In this document: piece by piece, positions 7,201 through 16,030 of the stretch
How the letters are laid out: each line of letters opens with the position of its first letter
Position numbering within the stretch: the stretch's first letter is position 1
Source of the DNA: Nitrosococcus oceani ATCC 19707
Lineage (GTDB): Bacteria; Pseudomonadota; Gammaproteobacteria; Nitrosococcales; Nitrosococcaceae
Direction: 5' to 3'
Assembly (NCBI RefSeq): GCF_000012805.1
Contig: NC_007484.1
Location: forward strand, 2,130,001-2,162,000
DNA length: 32,000 bases
The notes under the pieces: generated by a model
Database searches by the model: none
What the model was told of the DNA's origin: nothing
What the model saw: the letters and a program-made list of their open reading frames with translations, nothing else
Program-made: the position numbers and the translations under genes

Positions 7201-9560
7201 GCTGACGCCTCTCGCGCGACGATTCCCAGTTCAGTCGCCGAAAGCGGTTTGCCCAGTTTTTGATACTCCCGGCGCACCGCCTGAAGTACATGGGCCATGG
7301 TCACCGGACCCTTCTTTTCCGCCGCAAGAAAGGCAGCAGCGAGGGCAATGTTCTTGATATTGCCGCCGTTCAGTTTGAATTGTTGAGCCAAAAAATCGAA
7401 ATCTACTTCTTTGGCCAAGGGTGTTTCTATTGGCCAAATTCCAGCCCAAATCCGCCTGCGGCTGGCTTCATCGGGAACAGGAAAATGGACTGTAAAAGCC
7501 AACCTACGCACGAAAGCCTCGTCCAAATTCTGGCGCAGATTGGTCGCCAGAATGGCAATGCCTTCGTAGGTTTCCATCTTTTGTAGCAGATAGGAAATTT
7601 CCACATTGGCATAACGATCATGGGAATCGCGCACTTCAGAGCGCTTGCCGAAGAGGGCATCAGCCTCATCAAAAAAGAGAATGGCATTGGCATTCTCAGC
7701 CGCAGTGAAAATACGCTCCAAATTCTTTTCCGTTTCGCCAATATACTTGCTGATTACGGTGGAAAGGTTAATCTTATAAAGATCGAGTGCTAACTTATTG
7801 GCCATGATCTCTGCGGCCATGGTCTTGCCGGTACCGGAAGGCCCGGAGAACAAAGCATTAACGCCTTTGCCCAGAGAGAGCTTGCGATCAAACCCCCATT
7901 CGCCTAACACCTGGTGATGATGGTGAACCCACTGGCATATCTCCCGCAATTGGGCCATGCTATCGTCAGGCAAAACAATATCGTTCCAGGTGTACTTGGG
8001 CTGTATTTTCTTGGCCAATGTCGCTAACTCGTGACCGGATTGAGTGCGGGCTGCGGCAAACAGGTCACTGAGCGTGGGTTGAATTCTGGATTGAGAGGGT
8101 AACTCCTCCGGTGCCTGGGTAATGCTCCGCAGAAGTGCCTGGTTGCATGCAGTGACGGCTGCCTCGGCAATCTGGTTGGGGGTTAAGCGGAACCGGTTAG
8201 CAAGGCTATCCAAATCCCTTGAGCTGAGTGCCCTATCTTCCGCTGCCAAATTAGCCTGCCAGCAGGATCGGCGCTCAGCAAAGTCCGGTATGGGGAAGGA
8301 TACCTCGATCACGCCCGTAGGAATTCGTCCCCTAGGTACCCAGGGCTGGGTGCCCGCCAAGATGACGATACCTGCATCTTGAGCCAAGGCATCGAGCAGT
8401 GCTTGATATGGGATAGCCCGTTCTTCCCTAAGCAAAGTGTCCATCCCCTCAAGATATAAAACGGCGTTTTGAAACCAGGCTTCGCGGAACAGGATTTTCA
8501 GCACGCGCTCGAAATCGGGATCAACGGTAAGAGCATGGAGTAGGTCCACAATCAGAAGAGGCCTATTGACCTTTGCTGCCAATGCTTCCGCCATACGACG
8601 CTTACCTATGCCATGGGGTCCGTGGAAATACAGCCGCAATGGTCGGTGCGCTTCCCTGGCTTGGAGAATCAAAGCAGGTAGCGCTTGCTTTATTCCCGTA
8701 TTGAAAAAGGCTTCATCCAAAGAGGTGTTGGACTCCACCATCTCGCAACATGGCGCCAACCGTGAATCGAGATTCTCTTGCCCCAGTAGTAAGCGGATAA
8801 TCTGCTCATCGATCTTGAGATAATGGCTCAACAGGGAGGGTGAAGTCTGCTGCGAATCGGGAATTAGCTGAACCAGGTTGTGCTGAATGAGGGGGGCTTC
8901 TGGTGCAAAGTAGATACGGTTTTTAAGCTTCTCTGCTGTCGTTAAACTCAATAAATTAAGTACCAAATCGATGCTAGGCCGCCGGCGGGTCACATCATCC
9001 TGAAGGTAGGCATATAACCGCTCATAGCGCAGATCGATCTCAGGCGCAAGCGCCAGAAGAAGTACATCAAGCTCAAAGGAAGACAGATTGAAAACCTGCT
9101 GCAGCCAGGCTAGCCGCGAACCTTCACCTAGTGCCTCATCCGACAAAGTTTCTTCCAATTGTTTGTCAGGGAAATGAAAAACAGGTCTTCCAGGCTCACG
9201 CGTTAGCAACTGTTCTGCTTCACTTTTGCTGATATGAAGGCCCCGGAAAGGATTAGCAGCGGCTTTAGGTCCATAAACCGTCTGGGCCACAGCGATTGCC
9301 TGTTCAAGCAGGCGATCCAACCGCTTTAATGCGGGTAATAAGTCGCGAAGGTACGGATCATCCGGGGTTGTTTCTATCCCTTCTTCCTTCCATGATTCTT
9401 CTGGCATAGCCTCTGCTCGCTTAGAGAATGCTCCGACCTCCTCTGTTTCCTCTAGCGAAGCTTCTGCTAATTCTTCCTCGGGCTCGACAAAGGATTCCTC
9501 ATCCAGTGGTTGGATTGGCTCATCGCGCCGTTGTTTTTGCCTGCGTTTCCAAAACCCCAT
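7197..9560 (-). CDS. Double AAA+ ATPase (eCIS Afp15/Pvc15-type, CDC48-like)
   Basis: 787 aa. The first module is degenerate (LYFHGPHGIGKRRMAEALA). The second is canonical, with Walker A GPSGTGKTMAAE and Walker B ILFFDEADALFGKR, and the C-terminal lid is typical of the family. GGGAGA lies upstream of ATG 9560. Confidence 0.9.
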   Translation of the reverse strand: MGFWKRRQKQRRDEPIQPLDEESFVEPEEELAEASLEETEEVGAFSKRAEAMPEESWKEEGIETTPDDPYLRDLLPALKRLDRLLEQAIAVAQTVYGPKAAANPFRGLHISKSEAEQLLTREPGRPVFHFPDKQLEETLSDEALGEGSRLAWLQQVFNLSSFELDVLLLALAPEIDLRYERLYAYLQDDVTRRRPSIDLVLNLLSLTTAEKLKNRIYFAPEAPLIQHNLVQLIPDSQQTSPSLLSHYLKIDEQIIRLLLGQENLDSRLAPCCEMVESNTSLDEAFFNTGIKQALPALILQAREAHRPLRLYFHGPHGIGKRRMAEALAAKVNRPLLIVDLLHALTVDPDFERVLKILFREAWFQNAVLYLEGMDTLLREERAIPYQALLDALAQDAGIVILAGTQPWVPRGRIPTGVIEVSFPIPDFAERRSCWQANLAAEDRALSSRDLDSLANRFRLTPNQIAEAAVTACNQALLRSITQAPEELPSQSRIQPTLSDLFAAARTQSGHELATLAKKIQPKYTWNDIVLPDDSMAQLREICQWVHHHHQVLGEWGFDRKLSLGKGVNALFSGPSGTGKTMAAEIMANKLALDLYKINLSTVISKYIGETEKNLERIFTAAENANAILFFDEADALFGKRSEVRDSHDRYANVEISYLLQKMETYEGIAILATNLRQNLDEAFVRRLAFTVHFPVPDEASRRRIWAGIWPIETPLAKEVDFDFLAQQFKLNGGNIKNIALAAAFLAAEKKGPVTMAHVLQAVRREYQKLGKPLSATELGIVAREASA

Positions 9561-9692
9561 GGTGCTTGGATCTCCCGTATCGTAATTTCCTATGGAGATA
9601 ATCCAACCGCTTCAATGCAAGAAGATATTTTTAAATACAGCTTCTTGTTTGATGTGCTGAGTTCCTCGCTAAGGAGTGGTCTCAAATCTTAT

Positions 9693-9950
9693 TCAGTCCC
9701 TCGTCATTTTTCCTTTAGCGTAGGAGTACACAAATTTGCCTTCTCCCGTAACCATCTTAGTGACTTCGCCCTCAGCTACTAAACATTCAAGGGCTTTCTC
9801 TATTGTCTCCGTGGCTTCTTTAAACCGCTGTCGCGTTAACCACCAACGGGCAATCCCCTCTACACTGTCCGCCGCGTTAGGATGGGCATCAAAATAATGT
9901 TTAATTGCATTTGCCACTGCAGCAAGTTCCTCCTCATTGTGGTCGGGCAC
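9693..9950 (-). CDS. Small hypothetical protein, first gene behind the sigma-54 promoter (possibly winged-helix-like)
   Basis: 85-aa ORF with a GTG start at 9950, about 35 nt downstream of the -12 element. No family recognised. It is called coding only from its position and clean ORF. Confidence 0.5.
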   Translation of the reverse strand: MPDHNEEELAAVANAIKHYFDAHPNAADSVEGIARWWLTRQRFKEATETIEKALECLVAEGEVTKMVTGEGKFVYSYAKGKMTRD

Positions 9951-9984
9951 GAGATGATTCCTACATTGAACTTAATTGTAAAAA

Positions 9985-10000
9985 GGCAGCTTACATGCCA
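9985..10000 (-). promoter_or_regulatory. Sigma-54 (-24/-12) promoter of the CIS operon
   Basis: The minus strand reads TGGCATGTAAGCTGCC, against the consensus TGGCACG-N4-TTGC. GG and GC are separated by exactly 10 nt. It lies 35-50 nt upstream of the first ORF and directly downstream of a sigma-54 activator gene. Confidence 0.7.
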
Positions 10001-10153
10001 TCTGTAATAAAAATTATTATGTAACTGAATTAACAAAAGAATTTATTTATTAGAGAAGCGAAGTAAGAAAACGAATCACATGCAAGGTGAGTAAAAATCT
10101 ACCCATCCTAAAGAGGTATCGCAAAACAAACGATTAATAAACAAAAATTTTTT

Positions 10154-10194
10154 GGTGGGTCATTTTTGTCCCACCATAGGTCAAAAATGACCCA
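10154..10194. promoter_or_regulatory. Candidate upstream activator sequence: perfect 13-bp inverted repeat
   Basis: TGGGTCATTTTTG (10156-10168) and CAAAAATGACCCA (10182-10194) are exact reverse complements separated by 13 nt. A nested pair GGTGGG (10154-10159) / CCCACC (10170-10175) sits inside. The centre is ~176 bp upstream of the -24 GG, with a very AT-rich spacer between. Confidence 0.45.
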
Positions 10195-10583
10195 GTCAAT
10201 AGGACGAATTTTTAAAATTCATGATGCTGCCGTATTTTTAAGCATATGAATAAAATGTGAGGTGTTGTAGGAGCGAGCTGATGGTGTTCCGCAAACCCAT
10301 GTTTCCTTCCTAAAAAAGGGTTTACGAAGACTTCCGTGTCTCCTGGCCCCACGTCACCGGCTCGCTTCAGAAATACTTCAAAGTTTTTACTGCAATACTT
10401 ATATTGAAGTCACCCAGGATAAAACGCAGGCGATGACGGCGCATGGGGCTTCAGTAAAGCCGGGATGTTCTTTTGCTCTTTAAAGGAAGAAATGACAGCT
10501 GAATCCGTAATCGCGCCAGGTGCGGATCAGTCAATAAGAGACGATAAGTTCGCCCTCACCGTTCATACGCGAGATAGAAAGGG

Positions 10584-11990
10584 CTATATGTCTTTACTTT
10601 TAATATAAAAAGCTCTGTTGATTTGATATTTCTTAAGCAATTTACCGAAGGTGCGCCGCTCCTTTCCCGCCCGTTTTGCAGCCAGGGAAATATTCCCATG
10701 GCATTCGGCCATAAGACATTCCAGATATTGCTTCTCGAAGTGCGCAATAACCTGGGTTTTAGCTTGATTAAAGCTCCCTCTATAGCCACCCGGGGATTCC
10801 AATGGAGGGTTATTTTCACTTCCTATCGAAGGAAGTCTTTGGGGTGGCAGGGGGATCAACGGACCTTTGGAGAGCAGCAAGGCCCGGTGAACGAAGTTTT
10901 CCAACTCCCGCACATTACCCGGCCAAGGATAATTTTTCATCCAAACAAGCGTGGTCGGATGGAAGGCTTGGGGGGATCGGCAATATTTAAGGCTGTATTG
11001 ATAGAGAAAATGTGTAGCCAATGATTCAATATCGCCCGATCTTTCTCGCAAAGGGGGCAAGAAAAGCGGCATGACATTGAGACGAAATAACAAATCTTGA
11101 CGGAAATTCCCGCGCCTCACTAAGGCCTCCAAATCCTCATTGCTGGCGGAGATAACCCGTACATCTGCCTGTTTTAGACTCCGACTCCCCAAGGGTCGGT
11201 ATTCCTGATTCTGCAAAAAACGCAGTAAAGCCACCTGCGCCTTCGGGGAGAGGGATTCCACTTCATCGAGAAACAAAGTCCCTTGGTGAGCTTGGGCTAC
11301 CAACCCTAGTTGAGCTTCTTTAGCATCCGTATAAGCACCGCGCTCGTGGCCAAAAAGCTCGTTTTCCAACAGCGTATCTGAGAGGGCCCCACAATTGATA
11401 GGAATGAAAGGATGGTCTTGCCGCAAGCCGAGGTAATGAATAGCGCGGGCGGCCATTTCCTTACCGGTGCCCGTTTCGCCTTCGATCAATACGGGGGCTT
11501 CGCACTCGCTCAGGGCTTTTATCAATTCGAGGGCATTTAAAAAGGCGGGCGATTGTCCAATCAGATTTAGACTAGCCAACTCATCTCGGAACACTAATGG
11601 ATGAGGAGAAACCTGTGGTGGCATTATCCCCTCACAACCCCGGGCTAGGCGTAATGACAGCTCCTTCCCCTGGCAGGGCCAACGTAGAATTTCCCGGCAG
11701 TAGGCTAGCAGCTCCGCATCCCAAGGAGCTTTATCATCGGCAATCACCACTAAAGCGGGGGTTATCCATTGCTCCCGCAGACTAGAAAGCAGACGATCGC
11801 GAGGAAAATGGTTTGAGCCTATGGCCAGAACGATCGGTGTGCCCGGGAGCATTAGTGCCTGTGCGAGCCAATCGTGACCCTGCACGCTTTGAACTGGTCG
11901 GTTAAGCGCTTTCAAAGCAGTGCAGAGGATATCTTCAACCGCACGGGACACAAAAGAAACGAGGTTCAGGGGCACTGGGGTTGTATTCAT
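10584..11990 (-). CDS. Sigma-54-dependent transcriptional activator (bacterial enhancer-binding protein, Fis-type HTH)
   Basis: AAA+ core with Walker A GETGTGKE, the sigma-54 contact loop as ELFGHERGAYTDA, Walker B LFLDEVESL, and RVISASNEDL...FRQDLLFRLNV. The C-terminal HTH is GNISLAAKRAGKERRTFGKLLKKY. The ~135-aa N-terminal domain is of unclear type. Confidence 0.92.
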   Translation of the reverse strand: MNTTPVPLNLVSFVSRAVEDILCTALKALNRPVQSVQGHDWLAQALMLPGTPIVLAIGSNHFPRDRLLSSLREQWITPALVVIADDKAPWDAELLAYCREILRWPCQGKELSLRLARGCEGIMPPQVSPHPLVFRDELASLNLIGQSPAFLNALELIKALSECEAPVLIEGETGTGKEMAARAIHYLGLRQDHPFIPINCGALSDTLLENELFGHERGAYTDAKEAQLGLVAQAHQGTLFLDEVESLSPKAQVALLRFLQNQEYRPLGSRSLKQADVRVISASNEDLEALVRRGNFRQDLLFRLNVMPLFLPPLRERSGDIESLATHFLYQYSLKYCRSPQAFHPTTLVWMKNYPWPGNVRELENFVHRALLLSKGPLIPLPPQRLPSIGSENNPPLESPGGYRGSFNQAKTQVIAHFEKQYLECLMAECHGNISLAAKRAGKERRTFGKLLKKYQINRAFYIKSKDI

Positions 11991-12918
11991 TATTTCGCTC
12001 CTTCATCCTACAAACCCGTGGTCCATACTGAAGGCATGGGCAGACATGCACAGTCCAACCGATGAGGTGGCAGTAGGAAAATGCTAAGCTTGATAGACCT
12101 CTTGTCTGCCTCTCCCTCTAGCGTCTTATCACCCTGCAGTCCGCTTGCTTTGGGGATGTCTTATTTTTTAAGTTTTTTATTGTGAGCGCGGCCCTTTATC
12201 CCTGATATTAGTAGGCGTCACCTTACTTTGCCAACATATTTGCATTTGAAACCATTAATATCACACGTATTTCCCTCTCTCTGGTTTAAGGGGATTGCCT
12301 GTTATTAAATACCCTAGGGGAGTAAGCGTTTTTTCTCTGTAAATTCTTGTACCCAATAGTTGTGACATATTTACAACACTTCTCGATTTTCCTCAGTTGA
12401 ATTATGAAGTGGCCAGCCAGGGATGGGGCAAGGGCTTTCCAGCCACTTCAGGAGCTGGCAGGCTTGAGAGCCTATCTATGGGCAGCGTGAACGGTTGTTG
12501 GAGTACGCTGCGGCACATATCCCGCCTATGATGAAAGCACGGAGGAAATAAATCTCCAGTTCGTCATCCTGTGGTGCTAGAGATTAGTGGTAAGGCTGGG
12601 AAGGGCCACTGTAGAGACTCTCCTACAGACCCTGACCTGACCGGGCATTACCGCGAAGGGATTCTACTTGAGATGAGCACAGTCAATTGGCACTGCTCGA
12701 TACCTATCATGAAGGTAGGGCACGATGTGAACTGGCGATTGAGTCTGCACTGAAATTAAAAAACAGCATCTATCCTTAAAAGAGGAAATCGCCTCTTTTC
12801 TTCAGGCCAAATTTCCCCAAGATCCAGCGCTTGGCGGAAAAGCGGAAAAGCTGTAGGCCGAGATCGGTTTTGAGGATGAAGAGCCATCCATCCTCAGGCT
12901 GCAAAGCCGCGATCAACA

Positions 12919-13014
12919 CGAGGCTCCGCAAAACGCGCGAGCGCATCAGACGACCGATGCGTTTTATCACCAGTATACCGCAAGGCTATATATTATAGAG
13001 TCTGACCCCTTTTG
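12919..13014 (+). repeat. Direct repeat copy A (96 bp), possible solo IS-end remnant
   Basis: 90 of 96 positions match 20993-21088. It ends in AGGCTATATATTATAGAGTCTGACCCCTTTTG. Weaker similarity extends ~25 nt further left (12893-). GACCCCTTTT is tandemly duplicated at 13005-13024. Confidence 0.9.
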
Positions 13015-13030
13015 ACCCCTTTTATTTTAA

Positions 13031-13516
13031 ACAATCATAAAGCTCTATGAACATCAGGGCCGCCCGCTTGTCTATATCGACGAAAGCGGCTTTGCGCATG
13101 ACATGCCCCGTACACACAGATACGCGCGGGTTGGACAGCGCTGCTACGGACTGTGTGACTGGCACGCCAAAGGCCGGACAAATGCTATCGGCGCTTTGAT
13201 TGGCAAGGCTTTGCTCACAGTCGGGTTATTCACAGCAAACATTACGGCAAACATTTTTACGGCATGGGTAAAACAGGATTTGTTGCCGCAATTGCCGGAA
13301 AACGCCGTCATCGTCATGGATAACGCCACGTTCCACAAACGGCTGGACACACAAGAGAGTCTCCGAAAGGCCGGCCATACCCTGCTTTTCCTGCCGCCTT
13401 ACTTTGCAGAGCTCAACCCCATCGAACAAAAATGGGCGCACATCAAAGCCATCAGAAAACCACTCTCCTGCTCTATCGATGACCTCTTCAAAATTGAATC
13501 ATTTTATGTGACGTAG
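13031..13516 (+). pseudogene. IS630-family transposase, C-terminal DDE half only (N-terminal HTH region missing)
   Basis: The frame is open from 13031 and reads LVYIDESGF (first D), RTNAIGAL, VIVMDNATFHK (second D), LPPYFAELNPIEQKW (E). There is no matching N-terminal ~170 aa upstream. The stop at 13514-13516 is followed by AGGCTATAG, which resembles the end of the 96-bp repeats. Confidence 0.85.
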
Positions 13517-13628
13517 GCTATAGTGGAGTCAGGCAACTGGATTTTCTGTGAAATATTCACAGAACCCCGCTATTGCAAAAACTATCAACATAGGCTAGAT
13601 CTTTAGCTACAAAAAAGAGGGTGCCGCC

Positions 13629-14651
13629 ATGCGCATGACCAGAGCTGAGTTTCAGAACTATCTTGATGCACGGGCTGGTCACGCCATTTATCTTGATCCG
13701 GGTCTTTATGAAGGCCCCGTTGAGGTGCCACCACAAACTAGTGTGATTGGTATCCCCGGAAGAACGGTGATCTGGGGCACTGGCATTAATGATTGTCCTG
13801 TAATGCATTTCATGCCGTCCTCCTCAGAACGCCTTAATGAAAACCTCATCTGCTCTGGTCTTGTCATCGCGGCTGATTCGAAACGTGTTGTCCCTGCTCT
13901 GCGGCTTAGCCATTGGCGTTATGGCAGGCTCTCCGACATTGTGGTCCTGAGCCGTTCCGATGGCGTCATCCTTGATGGATGGCACGGTAGTGTGGCGGAG
14001 CGTATTGTATGCTGGAGCCACAACGCTTGGCTCTACCTTACCCACGATCTGAAATTGCCCCGCGTTCCGGGAGCGAAGCATACGCAGACTGGAATTCGTT
14101 TACGCAGTGGTGACGACCTTGATGCCCCCTGGCCCGCGATGTATGCGAGCTTTCGTGACTGCGTTATTAATGGATCTAGCGAGGAGAGTGAGTATCCCGC
14201 GGTGGAAATGGAACGGGGAAAATCTGGCGGCCATCTCAACCAGATAAGTTGGGAGGGGGGTTGGATCCAGCGAACGAAAACGGCATTCCGAATCAAGGAT
14301 GCTTCGAGTCGGCCCCATCACTTCGCGTTCCGGTCCGTAGGCTGTGAGCAAATCACTAATTTTATCGACGCTGATGGTATCGACTTCGTCACAATCGATA
14401 GCTGCACGCTCCAAGGCCCTGGCCGCCATTGGCCAGCCCTGAAGGTACCGGCCTGTCAGCGCCTCACGATCCGTGATACCTCTGCGGTGGGTCTAATCGA
14501 TTTTAGCAATAACCATCACGCTTCGGCTAACCTAGTCGCTGCGAACAGTAATGTGGAAGGCCTTGCCAGCGGTAGCCCCGATGAACTCTACGCTTATATG
14601 ATTTTGGGTTATTCTATTGACGGAGCGCACGGCATCTGGAAACGGCCTTGA
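13629..14651 (+). CDS. Hypothetical protein (possibly right-handed beta-helix repeat fold)
   Basis: 340-aa ORF with AGAGGG 7 nt upstream of the ATG. The fold guess rests on periodic short hydrophobic/Gly/Asn segments. No catalytic motif recognised. Confidence 0.6.
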   Translation: MRMTRAEFQNYLDARAGHAIYLDPGLYEGPVEVPPQTSVIGIPGRTVIWGTGINDCPVMHFMPSSSERLNENLICSGLVIAADSKRVVPALRLSHWRYGRLSDIVVLSRSDGVILDGWHGSVAERIVCWSHNAWLYLTHDLKLPRVPGAKHTQTGIRLRSGDDLDAPWPAMYASFRDCVINGSSEESEYPAVEMERGKSGGHLNQISWEGGWIQRTKTAFRIKDASSRPHHFAFRSVGCEQITNFIDADGIDFVTIDSCTLQGPGRHWPALKVPACQRLTIRDTSAVGLIDFSNNHHASANLVAANSNVEGLASGSPDELYAYMILGYSIDGAHGIWKRP

Positions 14652-15306
14652 ACGCTGATAGTGAATTATTTAGCTATTGTTCCTCAATCCTATAGGGAGA
14701 TTATTAGGCTCGGCGCCTGTTGATATTTTTATTGAGCTGCGCCTTCCGCCCAGCGCAGGCATTGTCAGCCATCGCAATATACCCCCGCAGTAATCGGCCA
14801 TTCAATGCTTTAATGTGCTCCAGGATCGGAAGCCTCAGGAACAATTCATTACAGTTCCTTAAGGAATAAAACCGACACCGTAAGCAGATAATCGCTTACC
14901 CTTCAGAACCACTAATAACTTCTCTGCCGCCGACTCAGGCTGTCCACCATAGCCATACCCCTACTCTCGGCATATGGCGATGAAATAGACTTTCTCATAG
15001 CCATGCCGTATGCCAAAAAGCTTTTTTATTTATCGTCGTTCAGGAAAAAACTGGACGCACACCTTATGTCTATAGAAATAATTTTAATGTTTAAAAAATG
15101 CGGTACTAGCCTTTCATTTTTCTATACTTTTTGTCATTTAATCAGGCGCTTATAAAACTTACAAAAAATTCAAAAAAATACGGCAAAGCACCCTGTTTTT
15201 ATAAATTCGGATAATGTGAACTATTTCACTCAACCGATATAAATTAGTAAACAGAAAACACATTACTCCATTGGCTATCCTGTCATCAAGATAAAGGAAT
15301 ACTGAC

Positions 15307-15398
15307 ATTACTAAATTACTAAATTACTAAATTACTAAATTACTAAATTACTAAATTACTAAATTACTAAATTACTAAATTACTAAATTACTAAATTA
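15307..15398. repeat. Octanucleotide tandem repeat (ATTACTAA) x 11.5, perfect
   Basis: Direct reading: eleven exact ATTACTAA units at 15307-15394 plus ATTA. It is intergenic, in an AT-rich ORF-free stretch ~630 nt upstream of the caspase-fusion gene. Confidence 0.98.
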
Positions 15399-15729
15399 AG
15401 TAACAGGAGAAATACTTTATTAAATCTGTATAAGCAGAAAAAAATAGGAAGAGTTTTTAGATTTTCTTATCAAGAATAGCCCAGGTAATTTTAATAAATG
15501 ATAAATAGAACGGAAATCTTAGGCGGGAGAAAATACGCCTAATATAATCAAATGGAAAATAACCCGCCTTAACAATACACAAGGATAGTGGAAATTTAGA
15601 GGTTGTAGCACGCAAGGGTAACCGTTTAGCCCATTACTGGAGAAAAGCAAATGGTGGTCCTTGGCAGCATAGTACAGATTTTTAAGCTATAAAAAGTATC
15701 AGGCCACATAGTTTACTCTGGCACTTTAT

Positions 15730-15766
15730 TGAAAAATCCTATCCTGGCGGTATACCCCCAGGATAG
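15730..15766 (-). terminator. Possible intrinsic terminator on the minus strand inside the AT-rich leader
   Basis: 9-bp stem CTATCCTGG (15739-15747) / CCAGGATAG (15758-15766) with a 10-nt loop. On the minus strand it is followed by GATTTTTC. No annotated minus-strand gene ends here. Confidence 0.35.
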
Positions 15767-16030
15767 AAATGAAACGAAAAAAGAAAAACATCAGAAAATG
15801 ATGTACCACACAATGAAAAATATTTTTAGTTTAGAACACTTATGAAGACACCTAGGGGAACCACATGCCTTGTCAAAGAAAGGTGACTTTCCGCTCAAGT
15901 ATTTTCAGGCAATCTATCATCTACAAGCAAGAAAGATTTACCAAAGAAATGGCAATTGACTGCTAACAACAGGCATTAAATACATGAGAACGGGCCGGTG
16001 CAAACCTGCCAAAAAAAGGGAGCAGATCCT

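Noticed and set aside
12778-12799. Hairpin AAAAGAGG-aaatcg-CCTCTTTT as a terminator
   Set aside because: The stem is AT-rich and weak, and no convincing gene ends next to it on either strand.
12571-12970. ORFs 12571-12753 (+) and 12776-12970 (-)
   Set aside because: They are short, have no RBS and match no family. The second overlaps the IS-end-like repeat, so the region looks like degraded non-coding or mobile debris.
15307-15398. Possibility that the 8-bp array is a CRISPR
   Set aside because: The units are contiguous with no spacers, the unit is far too short, and there are no cas genes. It is a microsatellite.
15719-15733. TGGCACTTTATTGAA upstream of the caspase cassette
   Set aside because: The -12 element lacks the GC dinucleotide and is offset by one base, so it is not a credible sigma-54 promoter.
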